Positions 28,179 to 39,445 of a stretch of DNA of 64,000 nt are shown here, piece after piece. Position numbers and translations under genes: made by a program. The DNA is taken from assembly GCA_043826355.1 (NCBI GenBank), contig JBDRQI010000001.1, positions 69,993 to 133,992 of the forward strand, in the 5' to 3' direction. The stretch comes from Candidatus Omnitrophota bacterium. Lineage in GTDB: Bacteria; Ratteibacteria; UBA8468; MWAK01. The notes under the pieces were generated by a model that was given only the letters and a program-made list of their open reading frames with translations, searched no databases and was not told the origin of the DNA. The first letter of the stretch is position 1. The number at the start of each line of letters is the position of its first letter.

Positions 28179-31100
28179 TTACTTTATATAAATCTGTTCC
28201 GGCGAGATGATACCGTCTCTTTTCAAATTTCGTTCCAGCAGGAAAGCATAAAGAACGGGCAACAGGTAAAGATTGGTCAGGGTGGCGAGGGCCAGGCCGC
28301 CCAGCGTAGGTATGGCCATCGGTTTGATAACTTCCGAACCGGCCCCGCTTAAGAACATCACCGGAAGTAACGCAAAGAGAGTCGTTAAAGTAGTCATTAA
28401 GACCGGTCTTACCCTTAAGACGCTTCCTTCAGCCACCGTCTCCCGCAACTCTTCTTTGTTTTTGATGGTCTTGCCCCGCATCTTATCCATAACTGAGTTC
28501 AGCACCAGGACCGCGTCGTCGGTTGCCACCCCGAAAAGCGCGATAAAACCCACCCAGACCGCGATGCTTATCTTAAAGGAAAGGAGAGAGAGAAGGATGA
28601 AACCGCCGGCCAGCGAGATGGGCAGCCCGGTCATTACCAGCAAGAGCAGGGCGGGCCTGCGGAATTGGAAATAAAGGAAAAGGATGATTCCGAAAAAGAC
28701 CAGCGGGAATGCCACTTTGAGCCGGTTGCGCGCTTCCAACTCCGATTCGTACTGGCCGCTCCACTGGATGAAGTAACCCGGCGGTAAGGATAGTCGGCCG
28801 CTCTTTATCTCTTCCTGCACCCGTTTTTGAGCCTTTCCCACAAAATCCACCAGCCCGATTTTAGACTGGTCAACGTTGATGAATATCCGCACGTAGGGCA
28901 GGGTGTTTTCGGTGGAAATCATCGCCGGTCCCGGTATCTTTTCAATGGTGGCCAGCTGGTTTAAGGGTATCTGAGCTGTGCCGGCAGTCGGAATCAGAAT
29001 CCCGGCCAGGGCTTCCGGCGTATCCCGCAGTTCCCTCAAATACCGGATGCGTACCGGATACCGTTCCCGGCCTTCAACCGTAGTGGTAATCGTTGCTCCG
29101 CCGACAGCCATCTCGATTATATCCTGCAGGTCTGCGACCGATATTCCGTATCGGGCCGCTTTTTCGCGGTCAATCTTAATCTCCAGGTAGGGGAGGTTGC
29201 CGACGCGTTCCGCATACGGGTTTCTGGCGCCCGGAATTTCGCCGACAATCTGTTCAATCCGGACGGCGAGCGCCTCCGCTTGAGCGATGTCGGCTCCGAA
29301 AACCTTCACGCCCACCGGCGTCTGGATGCCGGAAGCCAGCATGTCAATCCGGTTGCGGATGGGCTGGGTCATAATGGGACTAACCCCCGGCATCCCGGTT
29401 GCTTCGGTTATCTCGGAAATCAGTTTCTCCCGGGTTATTTTTTTCCGCCACTCCTTTACGGGCTTGAGATGAATAATTGTTTCAAACATCGTGATGGGCG
29501 CCGGGTCGGTTGCCGACTCCACCCGGCCCAGTTTCCCTACCACCCAGGCGACTTCGCCGGGAAAATTTTCCTTGATGATGCGGTCCTGGGTCTGGAGAAT
29601 TTGCTGGGTTTGAGTTAAAGAGGCGCCGGGCAGAAGGACCGGCATGAAGAGCAGGTCGCCCTCATTGAGCGGCGGCATGAATTCCCGGCTGATGCGCGGA
29701 TAGACCAGGATTCCGGCGGCCAGCACCGCAGCAGAAAGAACTATGGGGACCAATTTCCGTTTCAGGCACCAGCGGATGGACGGCCGATAAAGGTTGCGGA
29801 AAAATCGGGTAGCCGGAATCTCGTCGGCCAGCCGCATCTTTCCGCGTAAAAGATAGTAACTTAACACCGGCAGCAGGCAGAGGGCGATAAGACCGGCGCC
29901 GAAGATGGCAAACGTTTTGGTGAAGGCCAGGGGCCGGAAGAGTTTGCCGGATTGTCCGGTCAGCATAAAGACCGGAATGAAGGCGATTACGGTAGTCATC
30001 AGGGCGGTGAAGACCGGGGGTCCTACTTCCAGGGCAGCCGCCCGGCAGGCCTCCAGGCGCTGGGCCGGTTTCAAGGCGCTTCCGGAACGGCGTTCTTCTT
30101 CCGAGAGATGCCGGTAGATGTTTTCAATCATGATGCAGCCGAAATCCACCATTACGCCGATGGCGATAGCGATTCCGCCCAAACTCATTACGTTGGCGTC
30201 AATCCGGAAGAGGTACATAAGAAAGAAAGCGATGAGGATGCCGACAGGCATAACCATTGAAACGATGGCGCCGGAAGCAAGGTGCATCAGCATCAAGAGT
30301 ATTACCGCAATGGTGACCGCGGTCTCCTGGATAAGCGCCGAAGTAAGGGTGTTGATTGTACGCTTAATCAGCCCGGTGCGGTCGTAAAAAGGAACAACCC
30401 TGACGCCCGGCGGCAAACCTACCTTTAACTCTTCAACCTTTTGCTTGATTCTTTCGATAACTTTCAGTGGATTTTCTCCGAACCGCATCAGGACGACGCC
30501 GCCGGTAATCTCCCGGCCTTCTTTATCCAGGATGCCCCGGCGGAAGGCCGGGCCGACCTGAACCGCGCCGATATTTTTAACGTAGACGGGCACGCCTTCC
30601 CTTTTGCCCACCACGATATTTTCGATGTCCGATGTCTTTTTGATAAAGCCGACGCCCCGGAGCAGGAATTCCATTCCGCCCTCTTCCATTACCTTGGCGC
30701 CGACATCCAGGTTGCTGCGGCTGACGGCCATCATTACTTCGGAGACCCTGATGCCGTAAGACAGAAGCCGTTTCGGGTCAACGTCTATCTGGTACTCCCT
30801 GACCATACCCCCGATACCGGCTACTTCCGACACGCCCGGGGTTGCGTTCAACTGGTAACGGATGTACCAGTCCTGAAGCGTGCGCAGTTCCCCCAGGTCC
30901 AGGGTGGACGGAATGAGTTTGTTGCCGTCAATGGGACATTTTCCCGGCTGGTCGTAGGAGGTCTGCGGATGGTCCGGGCAGTAATATCCGTTTTCGACGC
31001 TGTACCAGAAGATTTGGCCAACCGCGGTTGCATCCGGTCCCAGGACCGGGGTGACACCCTCCGGCAAAGATTGTTTTGCCGTATTTAATTTTTCCAGAAC

Positions 31101-31427
31101 CCTGGTCCTGGCCCAGTAGAAGTCAGTACCGTCCTGGAAGACGACGTTTACCATTCCGAAACTGAAGGACGACGAGGAACGGATTGCCTTGACGCGCGGA
31201 ATACCGAGGAGGGAGGCGGTCAGCGGATAAATAACCTGGTCTTCAATATCTTTCGGACTGCGGCCCATCCAGTCGGCCAAAACCGTAACCTGTATTTCGC
31301 CGATATCCGGAATCGCATCCAGGTTTACGCGGCTGGTCGACCAGATTCCCCATGCTATTAAGAGTCCGAAGACCCCCAAAACGATGAGCCGGTTTTCAAA
31401 ACAGACCCGGATTAATCGTTTAATCAT
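28179..31427 (-). CDS. cusA: CusA-type heavy-metal RND permease
   Basis: LDAIPDI, GPDATAVG, EFMPPLNEG, TDPAP, RVRPVLMT; inserted YCPDHP...GKCP segment. Confidence 0.92.
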   Translation of the reverse strand: MIKRLIRVCFENRLIVLGVFGLLIAWGIWSTSRVNLDAIPDIGEIQVTVLADWMGRSPKDIEDQVIYPLTASLLGIPRVKAIRSSSSFSFGMVNVVFQDGTDFYWARTRVLEKLNTAKQSLPEGVTPVLGPDATAVGQIFWYSVENGYYCPDHPQTSYDQPGKCPIDGNKLIPSTLDLGELRTLQDWYIRYQLNATPGVSEVAGIGGMVREYQIDVDPKRLLSYGIRVSEVMMAVSRSNLDVGAKVMEEGGMEFLLRGVGFIKKTSDIENIVVGKREGVPVYVKNIGAVQVGPAFRRGILDKEGREITGGVVLMRFGENPLKVIERIKQKVEELKVGLPPGVRVVPFYDRTGLIKRTINTLTSALIQETAVTIAVILLMLMHLASGAIVSMVMPVGILIAFFLMYLFRIDANVMSLGGIAIAIGVMVDFGCIMIENIYRHLSEEERRSGSALKPAQRLEACRAAALEVGPPVFTALMTTVIAFIPVFMLTGQSGKLFRPLAFTKTFAIFGAGLIALCLLPVLSYYLLRGKMRLADEIPATRFFRNLYRPSIRWCLKRKLVPIVLSAAVLAAGILVYPRISREFMPPLNEGDLLFMPVLLPGASLTQTQQILQTQDRIIKENFPGEVAWVVGKLGRVESATDPAPITMFETIIHLKPVKEWRKKITREKLISEITEATGMPGVSPIMTQPIRNRIDMLASGIQTPVGVKVFGADIAQAEALAVRIEQIVGEIPGARNPYAERVGNLPYLEIKIDREKAARYGISVADLQDIIEMAVGGATITTTVEGRERYPVRIRYLRELRDTPEALAGILIPTAGTAQIPLNQLATIEKIPGPAMISTENTLPYVRIFINVDQSKIGLVDFVGKAQKRVQEEIKSGRLSLPPGYFIQWSGQYESELEARNRLKVAFPLVFFGIILFLYFQFRRPALLLLVMTGLPISLAGGFILLSLLSFKISIAVWVGFIALFGVATDDAVLVLNSVMDKMRGKTIKNKEELRETVAEGSVLRVRPVLMTTLTTLFALLPVMFLSGAGSEVIKPMAIPTLGGLALATLTNLYLLPVLYAFLLERNLKRDGIISPEQIYIK

Positions 31428-31433
31428 TTTGGT

Positions 31434-32765
31434 TTAATGCTGGTGGCCTGCCGGCATCGGAGCCGGAACGACGCTGTCTTCTTTGTCTTCCAGGGCGCCG
31501 CCGTAGGCCCCGGCCGCAGAACCGGTAATCTGACTTTGGGAATCGACCAGGAAGTTGCCTTTGGTGACGACCAGCTCTCCGGCCGCGACCCCTTTCAACA
31601 CCTGAAGGTAACCTTCTGCTTCCATTCCGATGGTAACTTCCCTGCCCTGGTACCGGCCGTCACCAGTTTCAACGTAGACGATTTTTCGCTTCCCGGTGTC
31701 CAGCACCGCTTCCCTGGGCACCGCGACCGTTTTGGCCAGCGGGATATGAATCATGGCGTTGACGAATGTACCTGGTTTAAGGGCGCCGGCCGGGTTCGGT
31801 ATTTCAATGCGCACCTTGACCGAGCGGGTCATCTCGTTCAAAACCGGGTCGATGAAGGCAATCCGGCCGGAAAAGGTTCGTCCCAGGAAAGCCTGGCTGG
31901 TAATCTCCGCGTGCTGGCCGGTTTTGACCGCGGCCATTTCGTATTCATAGACGTCCGCCAGCATCCAGAGCCGGCTGAGGTCGGCGATGCCGTATAAAAG
32001 GTCACCCTCTTTGACGTACTGGCCGGCAAAGATATTTTTGGTGAGGACGGTGCCGCTGACCGGCGCGTAAACGGCAAGGTAGTTATTTACCTTCTTTTTC
32101 TCCTTAAGATTTTCAATTTGCGCTTCGGTGATACCCCAGAGAAGTAGTTTCTGTTTGGAACTTTCCACCAAACTTTCGGCCGCCTCCCGGCTTTCCGGAA
32201 GCGGCGAATTTTTAAGTTTTTCCCGGGTCTCCAGGGCTAAAAGATACTCCTGCTGGCCGGATATAAGTTCCGGACTGTAAATTTGGACCAGGGGTTTTCC
32301 TTTGGTCACTTCCTGACCGGTAAAATCAACGAACACTTTATCCACCCGGCCGGGGACCCGGCTGGCAATCTGGGCCATAAGTCTTTCATCGTATGTGATT
32401 TCGCCGACCGCGTTAATTTCTTTAAAGAGACTCCGGTAAACAGCCGGTTTAGAGACTATGCCGGCCAGTTCCCGGTCTCTCCGGCTGAGTCTGACGGTAC
32501 CGGTTACCGCCGGGCCGGTCGTTGCCGTTTCATCGGCTTCTCCGGATGGTTCTTCGTAAACCGGGATAAAGTCCATCCCCATCCAGTCCTTGGTTGGCCG
32601 GTCCGACCGGACGGACGGGTCCATCGGAGAAATCCAGTAAAGGACTTTCCTTCCGCCTTCTTCCTGAGTACCGGTAGTTTGGGTTCTGCGCAAATAGAGA
32701 GCGAGAACCAGGAGTATCGCCAGCAGTATCAGAATTACGGCTCCCGCCTTGAACTTTTTTTTCAT
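31434..32765 (-). CDS. cusB: CusB-type periplasmic adaptor
   Basis: YWISPMDP...MGMD, YSPEL, FIDP, FLVDS. Confidence 0.9.
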   Translation of the reverse strand: MKKKFKAGAVILILLAILLVLALYLRRTQTTGTQEEGGRKVLYWISPMDPSVRSDRPTKDWMGMDFIPVYEEPSGEADETATTGPAVTGTVRLSRRDRELAGIVSKPAVYRSLFKEINAVGEITYDERLMAQIASRVPGRVDKVFVDFTGQEVTKGKPLVQIYSPELISGQQEYLLALETREKLKNSPLPESREAAESLVESSKQKLLLWGITEAQIENLKEKKKVNNYLAVYAPVSGTVLTKNIFAGQYVKEGDLLYGIADLSRLWMLADVYEYEMAAVKTGQHAEITSQAFLGRTFSGRIAFIDPVLNEMTRSVKVRIEIPNPAGALKPGTFVNAMIHIPLAKTVAVPREAVLDTGKRKIVYVETGDGRYQGREVTIGMEAEGYLQVLKGVAAGELVVTKGNFLVDSQSQITGSAAGAYGGALEDKEDSVVPAPMPAGHQH

Positions 32766-34000
32766 CTCTTCACCCCCATTGATTCCAGGTCGGTCCCGAC
32801 GGCCGCTTCCAACTCTGCTTCTGCGGCCGCGGTTTTTGCGAAGACCGCCTCATATTTAAGTCTCTTTTCCAAAAGGCTGCGCTGGCTGTCCAGCAGTGAA
32901 AGGGAGTCTATCTTTGCCGTCTGGTAGTTAATCTGGCTTGCCTTGAACGCCTGCCCTGCCTGGGGCAGGAGTCCGTCCCGGTAAAGAATAACCCGGCGCC
33001 GGCTGGTCTGGAAACACAGGAATGCATTTCCGACGTCCCGGAGGACTTCATTGGTCATCGCTTCTTTATTTTTGGTCATTCCCGCAACTTCCTGCTCCGC
33101 CGAACGTACCCCCGCGGAAAGTTTCTTTCGCCAGAACGGCAGGTCCAGCATAATTGAAAAACGCCAGTCTTCCCGGTCTTCCATCCCGGGCGTGTCCATG
33201 TAGCCGATTTTAGCCATAAGGTCCGGATAGTAATCTTTTTGCGCCAGAGCCAGTAAGGTTTTAGTTTTTTCCAGTTCCTGCTCGGCCAGTTTAATCTTAG
33301 GGTTTCCGGTACGCGCCCGCTCGTAGAGTTCGTTCAATTCCAGATTCCGGTCCAGGTTTATTGACAACTCGATATCCGGAAAAGGGTTGTTCTGGGGTGT
33401 TCTGTTCAGGAGGCGGTTGAGGTCTATTTCCATCCGGCTTTTCTCCTCCTTCAGGAGGAGCAGAGAGTCGGCCAGGTTGGCGATTTCCAGCTGGACGCGC
33501 AGGAGGTCTGCCTGGTTGACCTGGCCGGTGGCGTACTTTATTTCCATCACTCCGGCTATCTGGTCCAGAACTATTTTTTGCTCACCGGTAATCTCGATGG
33601 AGCGGTTTATCCGGTAGAGTTCCGCCCAGGCGTTTTTGGCTTCCCGCAGGAGGTCTATTTTCAGTTTTTCGTAATCGTAGCGCAATGCCTCGGCTTCTGC
33701 TTGGGCCGCCTTGCTTTTCAACCCCCGCTTGCCGGGGAAAGGGAATTTCTGGGAGACGGAGAGCATCTTGGCGCGGGAATAGAGCGTATCTTCGTATTCC
33801 AGCGCCGGATTCTCCAGGGAGTTTTCGATTGCAACCCGTTCCAGGCCGGCCCGGTAAAGCGCCTGGCCGGCGGCCAGTTCCGGGTTGTTGGCCAGAAGTT
33901 CCGCTTCAATCTCCGCGAACGTCACGGCGCCGGCGAAGACGGGCATGACCGCAAACAGCAGAAAAGAAGAGACGGAAATCAGCCGGAAAGTTCGGCCCAT
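32762..34000 (-). CDS. TolC/CusC-family outer membrane factor
   Basis: Signal peptide, SQKFPFPGKR, coupled to cusB. Confidence 0.88.
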   Translation of the reverse strand: MGRTFRLISVSSFLLFAVMPVFAGAVTFAEIEAELLANNPELAAGQALYRAGLERVAIENSLENPALEYEDTLYSRAKMLSVSQKFPFPGKRGLKSKAAQAEAEALRYDYEKLKIDLLREAKNAWAELYRINRSIEITGEQKIVLDQIAGVMEIKYATGQVNQADLLRVQLEIANLADSLLLLKEEKSRMEIDLNRLLNRTPQNNPFPDIELSINLDRNLELNELYERARTGNPKIKLAEQELEKTKTLLALAQKDYYPDLMAKIGYMDTPGMEDREDWRFSIMLDLPFWRKKLSAGVRSAEQEVAGMTKNKEAMTNEVLRDVGNAFLCFQTSRRRVILYRDGLLPQAGQAFKASQINYQTAKIDSLSLLDSQRSLLEKRLKYEAVFAKTAAAEAELEAAVGTDLESMGVKR

Positions 34001-34020
34001 TTTCCCTCCAAACCGTACGG

Positions 34021-34554
34021 TTATTCTACGATTAGTTTCCCGGTCATTTTGGAATGGCCCACGCCGCAGAAGACCGAGCAGCGGAAGACAAAAGTTCCTT
34101 TCTTGTCGGCCAGGAACTCTACCTTCTTTATTTCACCTTTTTTAGCCGAAATGTTTATGCCGTATTCCTTAATCATGAAGCCGTGGGTAGTGTCTTCGGA
34201 AGCGAGGGTTATCTTTACAATATCACCCTATTTTACCTTTATTTCCGCCGGATTAAATGCATATTTCTTGGCGGATACCTGGAATTCCTTTATCCGGTCC
34301 AGGTATTTCTCCGGGTTCTTCTTGAGGTCGTTGACGCACGCCGCGCAGCAGAAATAGTAGGTCTTCCCCTTGTACTGATAAGAGATGGCCTTAGAAGCTT
34401 TTTGCCCCAGCACCGGGCAGATAACCTGTCCCTCCGCTGCTGCCGTCATCTGATGATTGTGACCCATCTCCGTTTTGTCGGCCGCTGACGCAAAAGAAAC
34501 TAAAATACCGACAGCCAATACCACCAGCCACCAACTTTTCCGCAAAGTAACCAT
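34021..34554 (-). pseudogene. YHS + CuA-type cupredoxin protein interrupted by an in-frame TAG at 34228-34230
   Basis: YHS-like CPV...YYFCC; after TAG the same frame reads GDIVKITL..HGF...CSVFCGVGHSKM to TAA at 34021. Confidence 0.85.
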
Positions 34555-34667
34555 ATTCCTCCTTTTACGGGAACTCTTTATTGTTTCCGTCTGGTCATCA
34601 TACTTTAGCATTTCTATCATTTTAGTAATATTCTACACTTCCACTGGATATTTGTCAAGCAAACAGC

Positions 34668-36950
34668 CTAAAGTTTAAAATTACGCAGCCGCAAAGAGTT
34701 GCCAATCACGGATACCGAACTGAAACTCATCGCCGCCCCGGCGATTACCGGGCTCAAGAGCAGGCCGAAAAACGGGTAGAGGGCTCCGGCTGCGACCGGA
34801 ATTCCGATGGCATTATAAATAAAGGCAAAGAATAGATTTTGCCTGATGTTTTTTATAACGCCCCGGCTCAAACGCAAGGTTTTGACGATACCGTTCAAGT
34901 CACCCTTCACCAGGGTTATCCCGGAGCTCTCAATCGCCACGTCGGTTCCGGCGCCCATGGCTATGCCTACTTCGGACTGGGCTAAGGCGGGCGCATCATT
35001 AATGCCGTCTCCGGCCATCATAACGATGGCTCCTTCGTTCTGGAATTTTTTCACTATTTCCTGTTTCTGCTCCGGTTCCAGTTCCGCCTGGAAATCGTCA
35101 AGGCCTAATCTTCCGGCAATTACCCCGGCTGTCTTACGGTTATCGCCGGTTAACATAATGATTTTTAATCCCATTTTGTGAAGCGCCGCTATTGCGCCGG
35201 GCGTGGTCTTTTTGACCGGGTCGGAAATTCCGATGATTCCGGCGGCTTTGCCTTCAACTCCAACCCAAATAACGGTTTGGGCCTGGTTCTGTAAAGCAAC
35301 GGCTTGTTTATTCAGGTCTTCCGGAATAGTTACGTTTGATTCTTTGATAAATTTTTGTTTGCCGATGATAACGAGTTTACCGTTGATATTCCCCGTTATC
35401 CCCCCGCCGGTAAAAGATTTAAAGTCGGTCACGGATTCAACCTTCGCGTTCTGTTCTTTGGTAAAACCAACGATAGCCCGGGCCAGAGGATGTTCGCTGT
35501 TTTGCTCAAGGGAAGCCGCCATGCTCAGGAGTTGTTGACTGTCCCAACCCGGCGCCGTAATGGAGGCCGTTACGTATGGTTTTCCTTCGGTCAGCGTGCC
35601 GGTCTTATCTATCAGAAGGTGGGTGATTTTTTCGGATTTTTCAATCGCTTCCGCGTTTTTAATTAAGACTCCCATCTGGGCGCCTCGGCCCACTCCGACC
35701 ATAATCGACATAGGCGTGGCTAACCCAAGGGCGCAGGGACAGGCGATAATTAAAACGGCGATGGCGTTGACCAGGGCATAGGCCGGCCTTGGCTCCGGAC
35801 CCCAGCGGAACCAGATTATAAAAGCGAGGGCGGCAATCGTGATGACGGCGGGAACAAAATAGCCGGATACCCGGTCGGCCAGTTTCTGGATGGGCGCGCG
35901 GCTTCGCTGGGCCTCCGAAACCATATGGACAATTTGTGCCAGCAGCGTTTCCGAACCAACCTTCTCGATGCGCATCAGAAAAGTTCCGGTTTGGTTGACG
36001 GTGGCGCCCACCACCTTGTCTCCGAAGGATTTTGTAACCGGAATCGGTTCGCCGGTAATCATTGATTCATCTACGGCGCTTTGCCCTTCAACAATTGCGC
36101 CGTCCAGCGGAATCTTCTCGCCGGGACGTACCCGGAGAATATCTCCCCGTCGAAGGGTGTCTATCGGGACATCTTTCTCGGCGCCGTTGCGGATAAGATG
36201 GGCATCTTTTGCCGCCAGGCCCAACAGCGCTTTAACGGCCTGGCCGGTCCGGCTGCGCGCTTTCGCTTCCAATAACTGTCCCAGGACGACCAGAACCGTA
36301 ATGGCCGCCGCGGATTCGAAGTAAAGGTCAATCATTCCCATCTTCTTAAGCGAGTCCGGAAAGAGCTGCGGGAACAAGACGGCGATGGCGCTGTAGCCGT
36401 AAGCGGCTCCGACACCCAGACCGATTAAAGTAAACATATTCAAACTTCTGTTGACGATCGATTTCCAGGCCCTGGCAAATAAGAACCCGCCGGACCAGAA
36501 GACGACCGGGGTAACCAGCAGAAACTGAATCCAGGCAGAAATCCGGTAAGGGATAAGTGATTTTAGGTTGATGGCCGGAACCATTTCTCCGGCAGATAGT
36601 AAGATAATCGGGATTGTCAGGAGCAGGCCTGTCCAGAATTTCCGGGATAAAAGTTGAAGTAGTTTATCTTCTGCGCCGTCTTCGGACGCAGGGCTCATTG
36701 GTTCCAGGTGCATGCCGCATTTTGGGCAATCTCCGGGTTTTGGCTGCCTGATTTCCGGATGCATCGGACAGGTGTAAATAATTTTTTCGTTTTTAACGGC
36801 GGGTTTTGGTTTTACGCCGGAGGATTGCGCCAAAAACTTTTTTTTACAGTGCGGGCTGCAAAAATAATAGGTGAGGCCGTTTTGGGTGAGTTTGATAGCC
36901 CCGGTTTTCTTGACTTTCATACCGCAAACCGGGTCTCTGGGCATAATCAC
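34668..36950 (-). CDS. copA: Cu(I)-translocating P1B ATPase with YHS and heavy-metal-binding N-domains
   Basis: DPVCGM, YTCPMHP, CPC, DKTGT, GDGIND, YN and MSFSS. Confidence 0.95.
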   Translation of the reverse strand: MIMPRDPVCGMKVKKTGAIKLTQNGLTYYFCSPHCKKKFLAQSSGVKPKPAVKNEKIIYTCPMHPEIRQPKPGDCPKCGMHLEPMSPASEDGAEDKLLQLLSRKFWTGLLLTIPIILLSAGEMVPAINLKSLIPYRISAWIQFLLVTPVVFWSGGFLFARAWKSIVNRSLNMFTLIGLGVGAAYGYSAIAVLFPQLFPDSLKKMGMIDLYFESAAAITVLVVLGQLLEAKARSRTGQAVKALLGLAAKDAHLIRNGAEKDVPIDTLRRGDILRVRPGEKIPLDGAIVEGQSAVDESMITGEPIPVTKSFGDKVVGATVNQTGTFLMRIEKVGSETLLAQIVHMVSEAQRSRAPIQKLADRVSGYFVPAVITIAALAFIIWFRWGPEPRPAYALVNAIAVLIIACPCALGLATPMSIMVGVGRGAQMGVLIKNAEAIEKSEKITHLLIDKTGTLTEGKPYVTASITAPGWDSQQLLSMAASLEQNSEHPLARAIVGFTKEQNAKVESVTDFKSFTGGGITGNINGKLVIIGKQKFIKESNVTIPEDLNKQAVALQNQAQTVIWVGVEGKAAGIIGISDPVKKTTPGAIAALHKMGLKIIMLTGDNRKTAGVIAGRLGLDDFQAELEPEQKQEIVKKFQNEGAIVMMAGDGINDAPALAQSEVGIAMGAGTDVAIESSGITLVKGDLNGIVKTLRLSRGVIKNIRQNLFFAFIYNAIGIPVAAGALYPFFGLLLSPVIAGAAMSFSSVSVIGNSLRLRNFKL

Positions 36951-37987
36951 TCTTTTAAAAGTTTTTCCATTACCGTCCAGTACGGGTCGGTCTTGGGGTG
37001 CTCCAGGTCGAAGGTGCGGCCGCCGGCAATAATCTTCAGGCCGCCTTCCTTTCCGGTGACCTCGCCGACGATACTGCTTAAGATATTATTTTTCGTGAAC
37101 TCTGACACCAGCCCTTCGGCTTCCTTCGGGTCTACTATGGCGATGAGCGTGCCCTCGCTAATGGTTGAATAAGGGTCAATTTGGAAATGCCCGCAGGTCT
37201 TGATGGTAACCTCCTGCTTAACGATTAAATCCTGCTCAGCCCTTATTCCGTATCGGCCGGCGCGCGCCATTTCGTAAAGGCCGCCCCATATTCCGCATTC
37301 GGTGGCATCGTGCATGACGTGCACTCCCGGAAATTCCCGGGCGATGGCGCAGTCGTCCATGACCGACATCTGGAAGAATATCTCCTCGGCCTTCTTTTGA
37401 AAGTCCGTCCCAAAAGCCGCTTTGAATTTTTCAGGAAAAGAGATGGCCAGCAGCCCGGTCGTTTCAACGGCCGGTCCCTTGGTTATGACAATCCGGTCGC
37501 CGATCTTTACCCGGTGGGGGCCGCGCAGTTCCGTTTCGGTTCCCTGGGCGATGGCGGTGGCGCCGCCCACCATTGGGTAGTTGCAGCCGGCGTAACGGGC
37601 GGTGTGTCCGGTGACGATGCTGATTTTATATTTCTCGGCTTCCCGGTGGACCGTTTCCCACATCTCCGTTAACTGGGCTTCGGTTATTTCCGGCGGAAGG
37701 TTGAGGTCGACGGTAAGATACCTTGGTTTCAATCCCGAGACCGCAACATCCGAGCAGATGATGTGGAAGGCGAACCAGGCCGCCCGGCTGAAACCGTATT
37801 CCGGCACAATGAAGAACGGGTCGGTTGAGAACGAGAGGCAGGTATCGCCGACCTTTACCACGCCGTAATCGACGCCGTGGCGCGGTCCGATAATGATATT
37901 TTTATCTTTGGCGCCCAGCCGCGGATAGATAACCCGGTCGAAGAATTCCGGGTGGATTTTCCCGAGTTCCGGCAGTTTTTCGTTCAT
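36947..37987 (-). CDS. AIR synthase-related (HypE-like) protein
   Basis: [24 protein letters not shown]. Confidence 0.85.
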   Translation of the reverse strand: MNEKLPELGKIHPEFFDRVIYPRLGAKDKNIIIGPRHGVDYGVVKVGDTCLSFSTDPFFIVPEYGFSRAAWFAFHIICSDVAVSGLKPRYLTVDLNLPPEITEAQLTEMWETVHREAEKYKISIVTGHTARYAGCNYPMVGGATAIAQGTETELRGPHRVKIGDRIVITKGPAVETTGLLAISFPEKFKAAFGTDFQKKAEEIFFQMSVMDDCAIAREFPGVHVMHDATECGIWGGLYEMARAGRYGIRAEQDLIVKQEVTIKTCGHFQIDPYSTISEGTLIAIVDPKEAEGLVSEFTKNNILSSIVGEVTGKEGGLKIIAGGRTFDLEHPKTDPYWTVMEKLLKE

Positions 37988-39297
37988 TTCTGGCTGGTGG
38001 CCAGGGCCTGGTCCAGGTCCGCGATGATGTCTCCGGTGTTCTCCAGTCCCACCGAGAGCCGGATGTAATCTTCGGTAACGCCGGTGCTTGCCTGTTCCGC
38101 CGGGGTTAACTGCTGGTGCGTGGTGCTGGCCGGATGGATAATCAGGGTTTTGGCGTCGCCGATATTGGCCAGGTGTGATATCAGCTTTACCGATTCAATC
38201 AATTTACGGCCGGCTGTTTTACCGCCTTTAATCCCGAAACCGATGATGCCGCCGAAACCTTCTTTCAGGAAGGTTTTTGCTCTTTCGTGGTCCGGGTGGC
38301 TGGGAAGACCCGGATAATTCACCCAGGCAACGGCCGGGTGTTTTTCCAGCCAGGATGCTATGGTTAAGGCGTTGATTGAATGCTGGCGTACCCGCAAAGG
38401 AAGCGTTTCAATTCCCTGAATAATCTGGAAGGAGTTGAAAGGCGAGATGCAAGGACCGAGGTCCCTAAGGAGACAGACCCGCGCCTTCAGAATGTAAGCC
38501 AGTCCGCGCGCCGCCGCCTTATCATGGTCACCGAAAGCCTGCCAGAAAGAGAGTCCGTGGTAGGATGGGTCCGGTTCAGTCAGTTCCGGGAAGTTGCCGT
38601 TTGCCCAGTTAAAGGTGCCGCTTTCCACAATGGCGCCGCCGATGCTGGTACCGTGGCCGCCCAGAAATTTGGTTAGTGAATAGACCACGATATCCGCACC
38701 TAATTTCAGCGGTTGCAGGAGCGGCGGAGGCGAAACGGTGTTGTCAATTATCAGCGGGATGCCATTTTTATGCGCAACCGCCGCAATTGCCGGGTAATCG
38801 TCAATGTTGTTTTTGGGATTACCGATGGATTCCGTGTAAAGGAGCCGGGTCTTTTTGTCGATGGCGGCGGCAAAATTCTTCGGGTCGGAGGAGTCTACGA
38901 AACGCACTTCAATTCCAAGTCCGGCTAAGGTGTAATGGAAAAGAGTGTATGTTCCGCCGTACAGGTAACTGGTAGAGACGATGTTCTGGCCGGTTTTGGC
39001 GATATTAAGCACCGCCAGCGTAATCGCCGCCTGGCCGGACGCAACCGCCAGGCCGCCGGTCCCTCCGTCCAGAGCCGCGAGACGCTGCTCCAGGACGTCG
39101 GTGGTTGGGTTCATTATCCGGGTATAGATATTGCCGAACTCCTTCAAGGCGAAGAGGTCGGCCGCCTGTCTGGTATCCTTGAAGACGTAACTGGTTGTCT
39201 GGTATATCGGTACGGCCCGTGAACCGGTGGCCGGGTCGGGTTTCTGGCCGGCGTGTAAAGCCAGCGTCTCCACTTTCTGTTTTGATTTATCTGCCAT
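37984..39297 (-). CDS. metY: O-acetylhomoserine aminocarboxypropyltransferase
   Basis: [37 protein letters not shown]. Confidence 0.94.
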   Translation of the reverse strand: MADKSKQKVETLALHAGQKPDPATGSRAVPIYQTTSYVFKDTRQAADLFALKEFGNIYTRIMNPTTDVLEQRLAALDGGTGGLAVASGQAAITLAVLNIAKTGQNIVSTSYLYGGTYTLFHYTLAGLGIEVRFVDSSDPKNFAAAIDKKTRLLYTESIGNPKNNIDDYPAIAAVAHKNGIPLIIDNTVSPPPLLQPLKLGADIVVYSLTKFLGGHGTSIGGAIVESGTFNWANGNFPELTEPDPSYHGLSFWQAFGDHDKAAARGLAYILKARVCLLRDLGPCISPFNSFQIIQGIETLPLRVRQHSINALTIASWLEKHPAVAWVNYPGLPSHPDHERAKTFLKEGFGGIIGFGIKGGKTAGRKLIESVKLISHLANIGDAKTLIIHPASTTHQQLTPAEQASTGVTEDYIRLSVGLENTGDIIADLDQALATSQK

Positions 39298-39299
39298 CT

Positions 39300-39410
39300 T
39301 TATCTCCCTTGTCACATAGTATATCGTTTTTGCAGTCGCCCAGCTTGCTGTACTCTTTAATAGCGCTGGGCAAGCTCGTCAACTACAACCGTTACGATGG
39401 ATTCTCGTGT
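39300..39410 (-). promoter_or_regulatory. Candidate structured 5' leader of metY
   Basis: Nested pairings ATCGT/ACGAT, TTGTAGT/ACTGCAA, TTGCCCAGC/GCTGGGCGA between a TATAAT (39413-39418) and the SD. Confidence 0.45.
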
Positions 39411-39445
39411 ACATTATAACACTCTTTGAAACTCCGGAAAAATGT

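Noticed and set aside
34228..34230. Genome-wide TAG reassignment
   Set aside because: TAG terminates several conserved genes at their expected ends.
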